A DNA stretch of 63,836 bases, the filler included, from Reclinomonas americana ATCC 50394 (Eukaryota): the NCBI GenBank assembly GCA_048213135.1. It is 5 parts of 4 records of this genome, joined end to end, with 100 filler letters (N's around TTAATTAATTAA, not from the genome) between each part and the next. Parts side by side here need not be neighbours in the genome. Positions count along the whole stretch, not along the records: positions 51,904 to 61,059 come from PS015459.1; positions 61,160 to 63,836 come from PS015467.1; 3 more parts are not named here. The stretch is one strand, 5' to 3'. A program made the translations under genes and the position numbers. Position 1 is the stretch's first letter. The number at the start of each line of letters is the position of its first letter. The notes under the pieces are model-generated. The model ran no database searches. It was not told the DNA's origin and saw nothing but the letters and a program-made list of their open reading frames with translations. Shown here in pieces: positions 51,957-62,787 of this stretch.

Positions 51957-53057
51957 CGCGCTCCGTCGCGACATGGAAGGCGCCGTGCATCACGTTCTCT
52001 TTGCCGACGTCAACATTACGCGACCCATGGCCGACAGTGTCGGCGAGGCCATTCAGCAGGTCATGGAGCACCGCTTGCAGCAGGCGGCCACTGCTGCTGC
52101 AGCAGCAGCAGCGGCGGTGGCGGCAACGACTGCAGCAGCAGCAGTGGTGGTGCCGGCAGTCGCGGTGACAGAGATGGCGGTGGATGCGGCGCCGACATTG
52201 TATCTGCCGAGTCATGTGCGCCAGAAGCAGCAGGCGGCACGGTCGGTGATGCAGCAGCGCAAGCCGGGCAATCGGACGAGTGCGGGAGGAGGTGCGGTTG
52301 CGGTGAATCGAGCTGCGCCGGCAGTCGCCACAACCACGGCTGTCACCACGGTAGCTGGCATCAACAAGAGAGCACGATCGACGGAGATGGGCAACTCGGA
52401 TCACGAGGGCCACTCAGACGACGAGTACGAACCTGGCAAGAACAAGAAAGGTCACTTGCACGCGTGTGCACAGTTCGTCTCTCCTTTGCACTGAACTGCG
52501 ACGATGCAGGTGGTGCGCGTGTTGGTGGCGGTGCGCCGCAATTGAAGCGACGCCGAACGTCGACTGGCGATGTGGCTGGCGAGGATGATGAGGCGGGTGA
52601 GGGCGAGGCGGGTGGTGAATCGGCTGCGCGGCCTGCTCGTCGGCGTACGACGGCTGTGGCGGGCACGACGCAGAGTAATGTGCGTATTGCGGAGCTGGTC
52701 GAGGCCGGGCTGTTGTGGGTGGGCCAGGAGTTGCGTTTCCGGTTGAGGGAGAAGATTGCCGATGTGCGCATTGGTGCGTCGGGCAGCATCGAGTTCGACG
52801 GCCGCGAGTTCGAGTATGTGTCGGCGTTTGCCAATCATGCGACGCGTGTGTTGCCGCCACTGGATGGATTCTCGCAGCAGAATGGATGGACGCGAGTGTG
52901 GGCATTCTTCCCGCCGCGTCCCGAGGCCAATGTGCCGGCGGGAAGTGAGACGCTGTCGGTGCTGATGGGCGATCTGAGGAGAATCTGGCGCCACGAGAAC
53001 GACGTCAAGGTCGACAAACTCAAGATGCAACTGCGGGCGTATGGATACACCAGCTGA
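51957..53057 (+). CDS. Low-complexity protein with C-terminal RAMA domain; 5' partial
   Basis: VRIAELVEAGLLWVGQELRF...IGASGSIEFDGREFEYVSAFA...QNGWTRV matches the RAMA pattern. A basic, NLS-like LKRRR is present. One intron at about 52452-52510. Confidence 0.7.
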   Translation, partial: RAPSRHGRRRASRSLCRRQHYATHGRQCRRGHSAGHGAPLAAGGHCCCSSSSGGGGNDCSSSSGGAGSRGDRDGGGCGADIVSAESCAPEAAGGTVGDAAAQAGQSDECGRRCGCGESSCAGSRHNHGCHHGSWHQQESTIDGDGQLGSRGPLRRRVRTWQEQERSLARVCTVRLSFALNCDDAGGARVGGGAPQLKRRRTSTGDVAGEDDEAGEGEAGGESAARPARRRTTAVAGTTQSNVRIAELVEAGLLWVGQELRFRLREKIADVRIGASGSIEFDGREFEYVSAFANHATRVLPPLDGFSQQNGWTRVWAFFPPRPEANVPAGSETLSVLMGDLRRIWRHENDVKVDKLKMQLRAYGYTS

Positions 53058-53369
53058 GTTGATTGAGTCTTCGTGTGTGCATTTCACGAGCTCGTGTTGA
53101 CGTTGGTTTGCTTTCCGTTGCGCAGATCCTTTGCTGTTGCTGCCTGGTGAGGTTGGCGCGTCGCAGCCGCCGCCGCAGCAGCAGCATGTTGGTCCATTGC
53201 TTTCACCAACCACTCCGACGTCGACAATGTCAGTGGATCCGTCGCCCACAGCGGGTGGTGTGGTTGAGTAAATGATGTGATGATGTGCTTACAGCTCTAG
53301 ACACGAGGAACGTCTGCTGTCTGCTAGAATGCATCGTCCTTCACGATACTGTCAGTCTCGTCCGTCGTC

Positions 53370-56300
53370 ATGCGTCGGAGCGGAGGTCGTGTTGCGCCGA
53401 CTTTCGAGGAGATCAAGCGGCAGTACGATGAGGCCTTGCAGCATTTTGACAGTGGTGACTATGCCACCGCCGCACCCCTCCTCGCTCGATGCATGCGAGA
53501 CTTACAGGACTTGCGCGGCCCCGACGATGAATGGACTCTTGCGTGTGCACAGAGCTACGCGAATGCACTCTCGGCTTCAGGAGATGCACAGAGCGCATTG
53601 CCGGTGTACGAGGATGTGTTGGAGAGGAGGAAGCGCGTGTCGGGTGCGACTCACAAGGAGACATTGAGTGCGGCTGCTGAGACAGGAAATGCGCTGAGGC
53701 AACTCGGGCGTCATCGCGAGGCCATTGCGTTGCTGCGTGACACGGCGGAGAAGCAAGAGCGCTACGGGGCCAAGGGGGACGTCAAGGATGTGTTGAAAAC
53801 CTTGCACGAATTGGCCGCGGCACTGTATGACAACAACGAAGGAGTACGAGGAGTCGATTCGGATTTCACGTGACGTTGTGCGCCGGAGACGTGAAGTGTT
53901 GGGCGAAGTTCACCCTGAGACGCTGACGAGCATGCACAACATGGCATGTGTGCTGGCCAAAGCAGGCGGCTTGGCCAATCTGGAGGAGGCTTTGGGGATC
54001 TATGAGGAGGTGTTGCCGCTGCAACGCCGCGAGCTGGGACCGGAACACGAACACACCAAAACCACGGCTGCCGACATCACCAGCGCCCGCGCAGACCTGG
54101 CGGCACTCTGCAAGGCTTCGTCGACGACCTCCCCTTCCGGTACGTCAGTGACACACTCTTTGAATCCCTCTCCACACTCGTTGTTCATCCGCTACTGCAG
54201 CTACCTCGGCTTCTGCATCGGCTCCACCGCCAGCGCGTTCTTCGGTGAGAGTAAACTGACATGTGCCGATGCTTACCCGTCACTTACCTCTCTGTGCACC
54301 AACCAGCCGACACCGGTGAACTCGGCCCGCGAGCAGCAGCTGGAGGCAGCAAACGCACAACTGCAACGCGATCTGACCGAGCAGCAGCGCCTCGTGCGAC
54401 AACAGACGCGAGAATTGACCACACTTCGCAACCAGCAGTCACAGTCGCAGGCCACCATCGCCCAGCTGCAGCGTGACCTGGCGCAACAACGAACGACAAC
54501 TCAACAGCACGAAGGAACGATTGCGCAACTGCGGCGCGAGGTGGAAGAGCAACATGCAGCGGTCCGCGAACGGGCCGCCCAAGTGGATGCAGCACAGCAG
54601 CGAGTGCAGCGTCGCGATGCCACGATTGCGCAACTGCAACGCGAGAAGAACGATCAGCAAGCCACTATCTGCGAGCAGATTGCCCATGTGGAAGCAGCAC
54701 AGCAGCGGGCGCAGCAACACGAAGCCACCATCGCCCAATTGCGTCGCGAGCTGGAGGCGCAGCAAGCCGCAGTTCGCGAGCGGACCACGCAAATGAATGC
54801 CGCGCAGCAGCTAGTGCAGCAACACGAGGCCACCATTGCGCAGCTGCGGCGCGAGGCGGAGGAGCAGCGGCGACAGGTTGTGCAGCTGACCGCTCAAGTG
54901 GGCGCAGCACAAGCGACTGGTCGAAGCCTGCAGCTGGAGCTGGAGGAGCAACGAGCGCACGCACAGCTTCAAGAGACAGGAGCTACGGGCTGGTACAACC
55001 GTGCTCGTGAGATGGAGACCACTGTGGTCAACCTGCGTCAGTCACTCGCCGCCAACAAGACCACAATACACCAGCTGCGCACTGCGCTCTCGCATGTGCA
55101 GCCGCAGCGAGAGGCCGCGGTGCAGCGCTTGCGCGAGGAATGTGCGGCTCTTCGAGTCTCCTTGGAACGCATGGACGAGCAGCGGCAGCAAGAATACGAC
55201 CGCGCACAACGACTGGCTGCTGATTTGGCCGCCGCGCAGCACGAGCTCAACCATCGTGGTGAGTGCGAANNNNNNNNNNNNNNNNNNNNAAGAACGCATG
55301 ACATGCTTGCTTCGTTGTTCGGAGATCGTGGCGGCATTGCATAGGTGAGGCAGCAGCTGCAGTGGGAAATCGGGTGCTTGTGGTCGTTTCTCATCATCTC
55401 TTGTTGTACAGGATGGTTTGTGTCGCTGTCGTGCTACTTGATGACGTCGTTTCTCACTCCCCTTCCCTCTCACTGTCACTGCTTTCTGTTCTCGCCGTCG
55501 CCCAGAATGGTGAGTCTCTGTGCGCTCATTTTACGTCGTGGCCTCAAATATTCACCATGATTCGCAGTCATTCATCGCGACTTGAAGCCCGCCAACATCC
55601 TGTTTGACGAGCGTGGCCAGGCGTGCATCTCGGATCTCGGAATCGCGCACTGGTTCCGCACCGGCGGGGTGAGTGTGCTCTCTCCCTTCCCTCGCCTTCC
55701 CGCCGATAATATACTCATGAGTGCACGTGTGGCGACAAGCAGACACACTTGTCGGTGCAGTTCGCCGGCGACCACGACTATGCTGATCCACAGGCACTGC
55801 GTGGCATTCTGCGCCCCAGCACCGACGTGTACTGCCTCGGACTCATTCTGCTGCAACTGTTCTCCGGTCAGCCGATCGCCGAGGTACACAAGTGGATCGA
55901 GGGGATGGTGGAGGACGACGACGTGGCGAGACTCGATGAGGCCGCTGTGCAACTGGCCGATGTCGCGGTCGGCCGGGGGTTGCCGACATCCGTCAGTCGG
56001 CGTCTTGTGCGGTTGGCCATGCGGTGAGTAGTAAGCATCAGCCCCGTTCTTGTTTGCACTGTGTAGTTCCCTCATGGTTCGGGGTGCTGCAGCTGTGTCG
56101 ACTATCGACCCAATCGCCGCCCGAGTGCCGACGACATGGTGGCCGAGTTGCGCGATCTCACTGCGTTGTCGTGCCGTCGCGCCTGCGTTCTCTGTTACAA
56201 TGTGCGCAACACTCGACTGCATCCATGCGGACACGAGGTGGTGTGTCGCAATTGTGCGCAGCAAGTTGTCGACCGTCGCGGCGAGTGTCCTCTCTGTCGC

Positions 56301-56390
56301 ACCTCGGTCGCCCGTTTTGAATCAGGAGACGAGTTCGGCTTCCACGCGTTTGTGCCAGAACCACCTGCCGCGGCAGCCGTTCGAGTATGA
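53370..56390 (+). CDS. TPR (kinesin light chain-type) + coiled coil + IRAK/Pelle-like kinase + C3HC4 RING; apparent frameshift at about 53840; kinase N-lobe presumably lost in gap
   Basis: TPR motifs LGEVHPETLTSMHNMA and LGPEHEHT; 35-aa coiled-coil repeats; VIHRDLKPANILFD, ISDLG, YADP and TDVYCLGLILLQL; RING CVLC...PCGHEVVCRNC...CPLCR. Confidence 0.85.
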
Positions 56391-56429
56391 TGACTGCAAA
56401 ACATGTAGTTACAGATTTCATTCGGCAAG

Positions 56430-56474
<45 letters not shown>

Positions 56475-56479
56475 GTCGT

Positions 56480-57213
56480 CTACTGCGTGCAGCTGTCAAA
56501 CGGAGACTGACTGCAAGTGGAACCACTGTAGCTGCCGCAGCAGTTGCCGTTGCCGAGGTGAGAGCTGGTGCCGGGGCACGAGGCGGTGCCAGCGGCCACG
56601 GCGGGGTAGTTGTTGCAGGCGTAGTGGCACTGGCAAGTCAGATCGGCCGTGCAGTAACCGTGGTTGTTGCATGCGCCGGGGGCATCAGTGCACACCGGCA
56701 CCGGCGGCCACACGGCCGGGAACGGCGAGTTCTCGCAGTGGCTGCCCGACCAGCTGCCACAGCAGTTGCCTGTGAGGGAGAGAGGGGGAGGAGTGTTGAG
56801 TCATTGCGGGAATGAGAGAGAGAGCAGACAAGTGACAAACCGTTACCAGCATCGTTGGTGCCGGGCGGGCATACGGCAGTGCCGAGGGCCACCTGCACGT
56901 AGTTGACGCAGTTGTAGTAGCAGGCGCAGGTGAGGTCGGGCTTGCAGAAGCCGTTGCTGTTGCAGGCACCCGGCTCGTTGGTGCACACGGCGACTGGCGG
57001 CCACACGGCGGGGAAGGGAGAGACGTCGCAGTTGGCGCCCGAGTAGAAGCCACAGCAGTTGCCGTTGGTGAGGTCGCTGGTGTTGGGTGGGCACGAGGCG
57101 GTGCCGAGACGCACGGCGTCGTAGTTCTTGCAAGTGTAGGCGCACGAATCGGCCAGTGCGACGGCCACACAGACGGCCAGCACGGCGACAAAGAGAGTCT
57201 TGGAGGCGATCAT
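56480..57213 (-). CDS. Small secreted Cys-rich protein with about 2.5 repeats (about 75 aa) of an EGF-like unit; 2 exons
   Basis: Signal peptide MIASKTLFVAVLAVCVAVALA, intron 56840-56770, and repeat SPFPAVWPPVxVCTxxPGACNxxGxCxxDLTCxC...GNCCGxxSGxxC. Confidence 0.85.
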
Positions 57214-58196
57214 TATGGGAGGGGAAGGGAGGGAGGGGATGAGGTTGGCTCACAGACAGAGGTTGAAGGCGGCGATGCGTTCGGTTTCGGATAAATCACA
57301 GTGAGATATCGGATATTGGGACACACGATTTGCAGCTTTTGGTGTGGCGAAAGGATGGTGACAAGTTTGTGAAGGTGGGCCACCTGCGAGTGGCGGTTGG
57401 TGACACGCGTCTTGTGTGNNNNNNNNNNNNNNNNNNNNNNNNNNNNNNNNNNNNNNNNNNNNNNNNNNNNNNNNNNNNNNNNNNNNNNNNNNNNNNNNNN
57501 NNNNNNNNNNNNNNNNNNNNNNNNNNNNNNNNNNNNNNNNNNNNNNNNNNNNNNNNNNNNNNNNNNNNNNNNNNNNNNNNNNNNNNNNNNNNNNNNNNNN
57601 NNNNNNNNNNNNNNNNNNNNNNNNNNNNNNNNNNNNNNNNNNNNNNNNNNNNNNNNNNNNNNNNNNNNNNNNNNNNNNNNNNNNNNNNNNNNNNNNNNNN
57701 NNNNNNNNNNNNNNNNNNNNNNNNNNNNNNNNNNNNNNNNNNNNNNNNNNNNNNNNNNNNNNNNNNNNNNNNNNNNNNNNNNNNNNNNNNNNNNNNNNNN
57801 NNNNNNNNNNNNNNNNNNNNNNNNNNNNNNNNNNNNNNNNNNNNNNNNNNNNNNNNNNACAGTTGGGAACATGGGACGGTGGTGAGGTCGACTCTGGGGT
57901 GGCAGTCTGTGGAGTGCAAAGTGTGGTGCGCACACCAATAACGAAATTAATTGGTGAAAACGCACTTGGCACTCAGTGGTGACACACAGACAATCGCTTC
58001 TGTCAACGCTCGTGTGCCCGTGTGTTTGGGCGCTGTGCTCACAGACTCTTGACGAAAACAATCACGATTGATATTTCTTGGTTTACAGCGGATGTTCTTC
58101 ATCGATTTCGTCGTCGCCGGGCGTCAGCGACTGTGCGCGTGCGATTCGGATTTGGAATTCGACTTGGTGCGGCTTCCTCGCATACACTGAGAAGTT

Positions 58197-60840
58197 TCAC
58201 GAGGATGCTCCCGACAGCGGCGCATGTGGGATCTCCTGACTGTAGGCAATGTGATTCTCGGGCACCGGTAACCGGAAGGGGCCGGCCAAGTTCACCTCCA
58301 CCTCGATCGGCAGCTCCACCTTGGAGCTGTACAGGCAGATGGTGGGGAAGAGTGCGTATTCTGGCACAGAAATGCTGACTTTGCCACTGTACACGCGCCC
58401 TCCAGGAGTTAGCGCTGAAGGGAGGAGCGACACGAGGGCGATGTACGCAACTAGTGGCCAATCGAGCGCACGAGTTCGCCATTGCGGAAGAACTGCATAA
58501 ACTTGCGATCCTGGTCCAGAGAGATGCCCCACACGTCGCCCTCCTCAATGGCGGTTTGCACATAGTCCGCACGGCCGCTCAGATAAAACACTGCAGCGCA
58601 GCAGTGAGATACATGTGGAGTGATTATGGACTGCTCTTCTTCTCTCAGTACCTCCCGTGCTTTGCAGTCCGCACGCGAACCACTTGGACGGGTCACGCAG
58701 TGGACACGTGCGGCCGGGGATCACACCGCGCGTGTGCATCAGCTTGTCTTGTTGCACGTCCCACCCAATGCTGACACTGTGATTGGAGTGTCAGTCAAAC
58801 AGTTTCAGCGCATGTGCGAAGAGGCCACCAAACCTCGAGCCAGGCGCGTCTGGGAAACGGTGAATGTACACCTCGAAGTAGAACTTGCCCCAGTCCGTGT
58901 TCAGCTTGCCGCTGTCGGTCTGTACCGACATGTACTTGAGAGGGACCTGTTGCAAGAGACAGGAGTCAATGAAGAGCAGTGACAGACGTCTCGTTCTGCG
59001 CTTGCAGGTCACCTTGGTGCTCATCCGCAACCCCAGTTCGTCAAAGGCCAAGTTCGAGGACGCAGTTTCCTGCAAAAGTAGACACAATCAGTCCTCAGCA
59101 TAGCGGCTGGTCCACATCCTCCCGTAAAACGCACCCGATTGAGAACGACTTTCACCCGCCGCTTTCTCCGATTGTCAATCTCCACTCGCAACTGGTCGGG
59201 GAACGGTGTTGTGCCGGATTCGAGTAATTCAACCAGGTCCTCGATTGTCTTTCGTCTGACCAACCGCACGAAGGTCAGTCAATCAGCGAGAAGAAACCAG
59301 GGAATAGGACACGCCACACCTTAGATCCTCAGTAAAGATCAGCTGCCGATATCTCAGCTCCTTCTCGAGGTGTTCGTGTTGAATGAAANNNNNNNNNNNN
59401 NNNNNNNNNTACTGGGCCAGTCTTTCAGTCTGCTTATCTCTCCTCTTCCTCTCCCTCTCAATGCCTCTCTCGCTTTCTCTCTTTCTCTGTCAATCGGCCT
59501 TTCGGCCTCTCTCTCTTTCTGTGTTATCTTTTCCTTCTTTCTGTCTGTGCGCCTCCAAGCCAGCCTGTCTGCTTAAGTCTCACTCTTTTGCACACATTCT
59601 CTGGGTTTGTATATTTCCCACATTGCCTGTCGCAAGTCTCTACTCGCCTGTCTCCTCTCTCTCTCTCTCTCCCTCCCTCTTCTTATCATTCTTCTTCTTT
59701 TCATTCTTTTCTGTATGTATGTCGATTATGTTTGCCTTGCTGATCTTCCTTCTTTCCATTCTCCTTTCTCACTGCCGTTTGTCATTCTTTCCGTCTGCCT
59801 GTCTCTACGTCTCTCCTCCTTTCCCTTCCATTTCCCTCTCCCCTTTTTCCCCTCCCTTTCCCCCTCCTCCCCCTCCCTCGCCCTCACCTCAAATCCGTCA
59901 CCTCCAGCGCACTCGACAACAAGAACAACTTCGACAAACCCTCCGGCTCAAAAATAAACGCCGTCGCCGCCGCATTGCGCTCCTGCTCCCGCTCCAGCGT
60001 CTGAATCTCCGCACCCGAAACGCGCAACACAAGAGTCCTGCGGCACGCAGTCAGTCACAACTCACCCGTCGCCAACCAAACAAGTCATCGCAACTCTGCG
60101 TCCTGACTCTCGCGTTCACACAACGAATTCTTCTCGTGCTTCAGGTGCTCACAGATGGTCTCCACCTTCTTGATCTCGTTCTGCACACAGGCAGGAGTAA
60201 TCGGTGAGTGAACAGACTCATTGAAGCGGGAACCTTGCGCGTTGAGCTCGACCGCGAGCTGAAACCAGCATCTCTCTCTCTCTCTCTCCTCGCACACGCA
60301 CCTCCATGTGGAACTCGTACATGCGCTGCAAATTCTTCAAATCCTTCTGGAACGACGCCTCGAAATCCTTCTTGATCGCCGCCTTGCGGTCGTCGCACTC
60401 ACGACTGCCACGCACAGAGAGAGACATACCGTCAGTCGCAGAGACAGCAGAGCCCTCCTTGCCCCCCATGCGCAACTTGATCAACGCCTCATAATCGTCG
60501 CGCTTCTTCGCAAAATCACCTACGAGCTCGGCAATCGTGTCGTCTCTTCGCTTCTTGGCGGCCGCCACCTTGTTGGCCAGGTCGATTTCCTGCAGAGGTG
60601 GTAGAATGAGCAACCACTCCTCTCACTCCCCGTCGTGCTGCCTGCACGCAACTCTCTGACGCGAATCCGAGTCCTTGGAGAACGCAGCCATCTTCTTGAT
60701 ATTATCTTCACTGTACATGCCAAAGGTGTTGAACTTGGCCAAGTCACCGGCCATGTCGTCCAACACGATCACCGTGTCGGAGCGGTCGAGGTCCAGCCGG
60801 TCTTCGTCCTCGATAAACAAATTCTCCATCACCATGCGCT
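58197..60840 (-). CDS. Coiled-coil protein with possible BTB/BACK-like segment and C-terminal SPRY (B30.2) domain; 5' partial
   Basis: GKFYFEVYI, VSIGW, EEGDVWGISLD, FMQFFRNGELV, LFPTICL and VNLAGPFRLPVP are SPRY-type motifs. Upstream exons are charged and helical. Confidence 0.8.
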
Positions 60841-60845
60841 GCGGA

Positions 60846-61059
60846 CGGGAACATGAGGGGAACATGAGGGGAACATGAGGGGAACACAAGGGGAACACAA
60901 GGGGAACACAAGGAGAATACAAGGGGAACACAAAGGAGAATACAAGGGGAACACGAGGGGAACACAAGGGGAAGACGAGGGGAAGACAGGGGGAACACAA
61001 GGGGAACACAAGGGGAACGACAAGGGGAACGACAAGGGGAACGACAAGGGGAACGACAA
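60846..61059. repeat. Minisatellite of about 11-nt units (GGGGAACACAA / GGGGAACGACAA)
   Basis: Visible tandem array running into a gap. Confidence 0.9.
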
Positions 61060-61103
61060 NNNNNNNNNNNNNNNNNNNNNNNNNNNNNNNNNNNNNNNNN
61101 NNN

Positions 61104-61115
61104 TTAATTAATTAA
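61104..61115. other. Artificial six-frame-stop scaffold linker
   Basis: TTAATTAATTAA inside an N block. Confidence 0.97.
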
Positions 61116-61159
61116 NNNNNNNNNNNNNNNNNNNNNNNNNNNNNNNNNNNNNNNNNNNN

Positions 61160-61370
61160 TGTGTGTGTGTTGTTGTTATTGTGCGAATGGATGTGTGTGT
61201 ATGCTGTCAACTGACTGTGCATGTGGCGTGTGTTTTGTGTGTGTGACGGCGACAATGGCGATGGATGCATGATGGTGATGCAGGGAGTTGAGTATATGCG
61301 TGTATGTGTGTGAAGAGAGAGGGAGGGAGAGAGTGTGTATGTGTGTGTTATTGGCATTGTGCGACTGGAT

Positions 61371-61432
<62 letters not shown>

Positions 61433-61673
61433 CGTCGACTGACTGTGCATGTGGCGTGTGTTTTTTGTGTGTGATACGGCGATAATGTCGATGGATGCAT
61501 GATGATGGTGCAGTTGGTGAGTATATGCGTGTTTGTGTGTGCAGAGAGAGAGAGAGAGACAGGGAGTGTGCGTATGTGCGTGTTGTTGTTGCGTGTTATT
61601 GGCTTTGTGCGAATGAATTATTTAGTGTGTGTGCGTGTTGTTTGTTGCGTGTTATTATTTTTGTGCGAATGAA

Positions 61674-61709
<36 letters not shown>

Positions 61710-61740
61710 GTGCGTGTGTGTCGTCGACTGACTGTGCTCC
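61160..61740. repeat. GT-rich tandem duplication, unit about 230 bp, with embedded (GT)n
   Basis: ACTGACTGTGCATGTGGCGTGTG...GATGGATGCATGATG recurs at about 61210 and 61438, with a partial copy at about 61726. Confidence 0.8.
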
Positions 61741-62787
61741 AATTGCGCAGCCGGTATGTGCTTGTTGCCAGCCGACTACTTCTTCAATGTCCTACTCAAC
61801 GATTGCTTTTGTGATCATGTTGGCCAGTTCAACGCGGTACGCACTTACTGTTCGTGTAATATTGCCGTCACTTTTGCTGACACGTCTCGGCAGATGGTAT
61901 ATTGGCGTACAGTGCAGTGTTCATAAGTTGCTGCCTTTGTTCACAGTAAGTTATGCGCAGGTGACGCAGATGGAAGAAAAGCATGCTCAAGGAAAGCTGG
62001 TATGTCTTGTGGGTCATGTGTGTGATGTGATGGTCACGCACTTCTGACTGCTGCTGCTGCTGCTGCTTCCAGCCCAACTTCAAATGGACGTGCTGCAACT
62101 CGACCGACCTCCACGCTCCTGGATGCAAACAAGCCTCGGCGCACGTGATTTGAGATTACTTGCTATTGCGTTCACGCGCTCGTTGCGAGGTGATTGCCGT
62201 GTCTCGAAGAGCAGCTAGATCATGTGATGCCGTATGCTAAGTGCAGTTGCAATCAGACGAGCGATGGATACACGAACACACGCGTGTAGTTTGCGAAGTG
62301 ATTCTGAACGCGAATGAAGGTTGTGACTGCGCGATGAACGAGCGTTTTCCACACAACCAGCTCAGCTTGTGACGCACGCACGCTGCCGGACCGCTCACTC
62401 TCTCTACTCCATACCACTGGTGACTGCCCAGCGCTGTTGCGCTTCAGCGGCATCGACATGCTGACCACCACACGCGGTGGGTATCATCATCCACACACAA
62501 GCAAACGTATAGCACCATTCTGTGAGATAGACACAGGTTGCTCGAGTGCGCACCCCACTCAAAAGCGATCGAGAGCTCGTGGAACAGCACTTGCACCAGC
62601 TGCAAAAAGGCTGCTGACTAAAGCAAGAGAAGAGCGGGGCCTTATCCCCGCAAGCTACTACGTTCAGCGCAGCACGTCGCCGGGGCGTTTTAACGACGTG
62701 AGGCATCCTCACGTGGCGAAAAACGTGAAGAACTTTCGCTCCCTCCCGCTCCCATCATGTATCTCCCACTTCGTTTATCATCCACCA

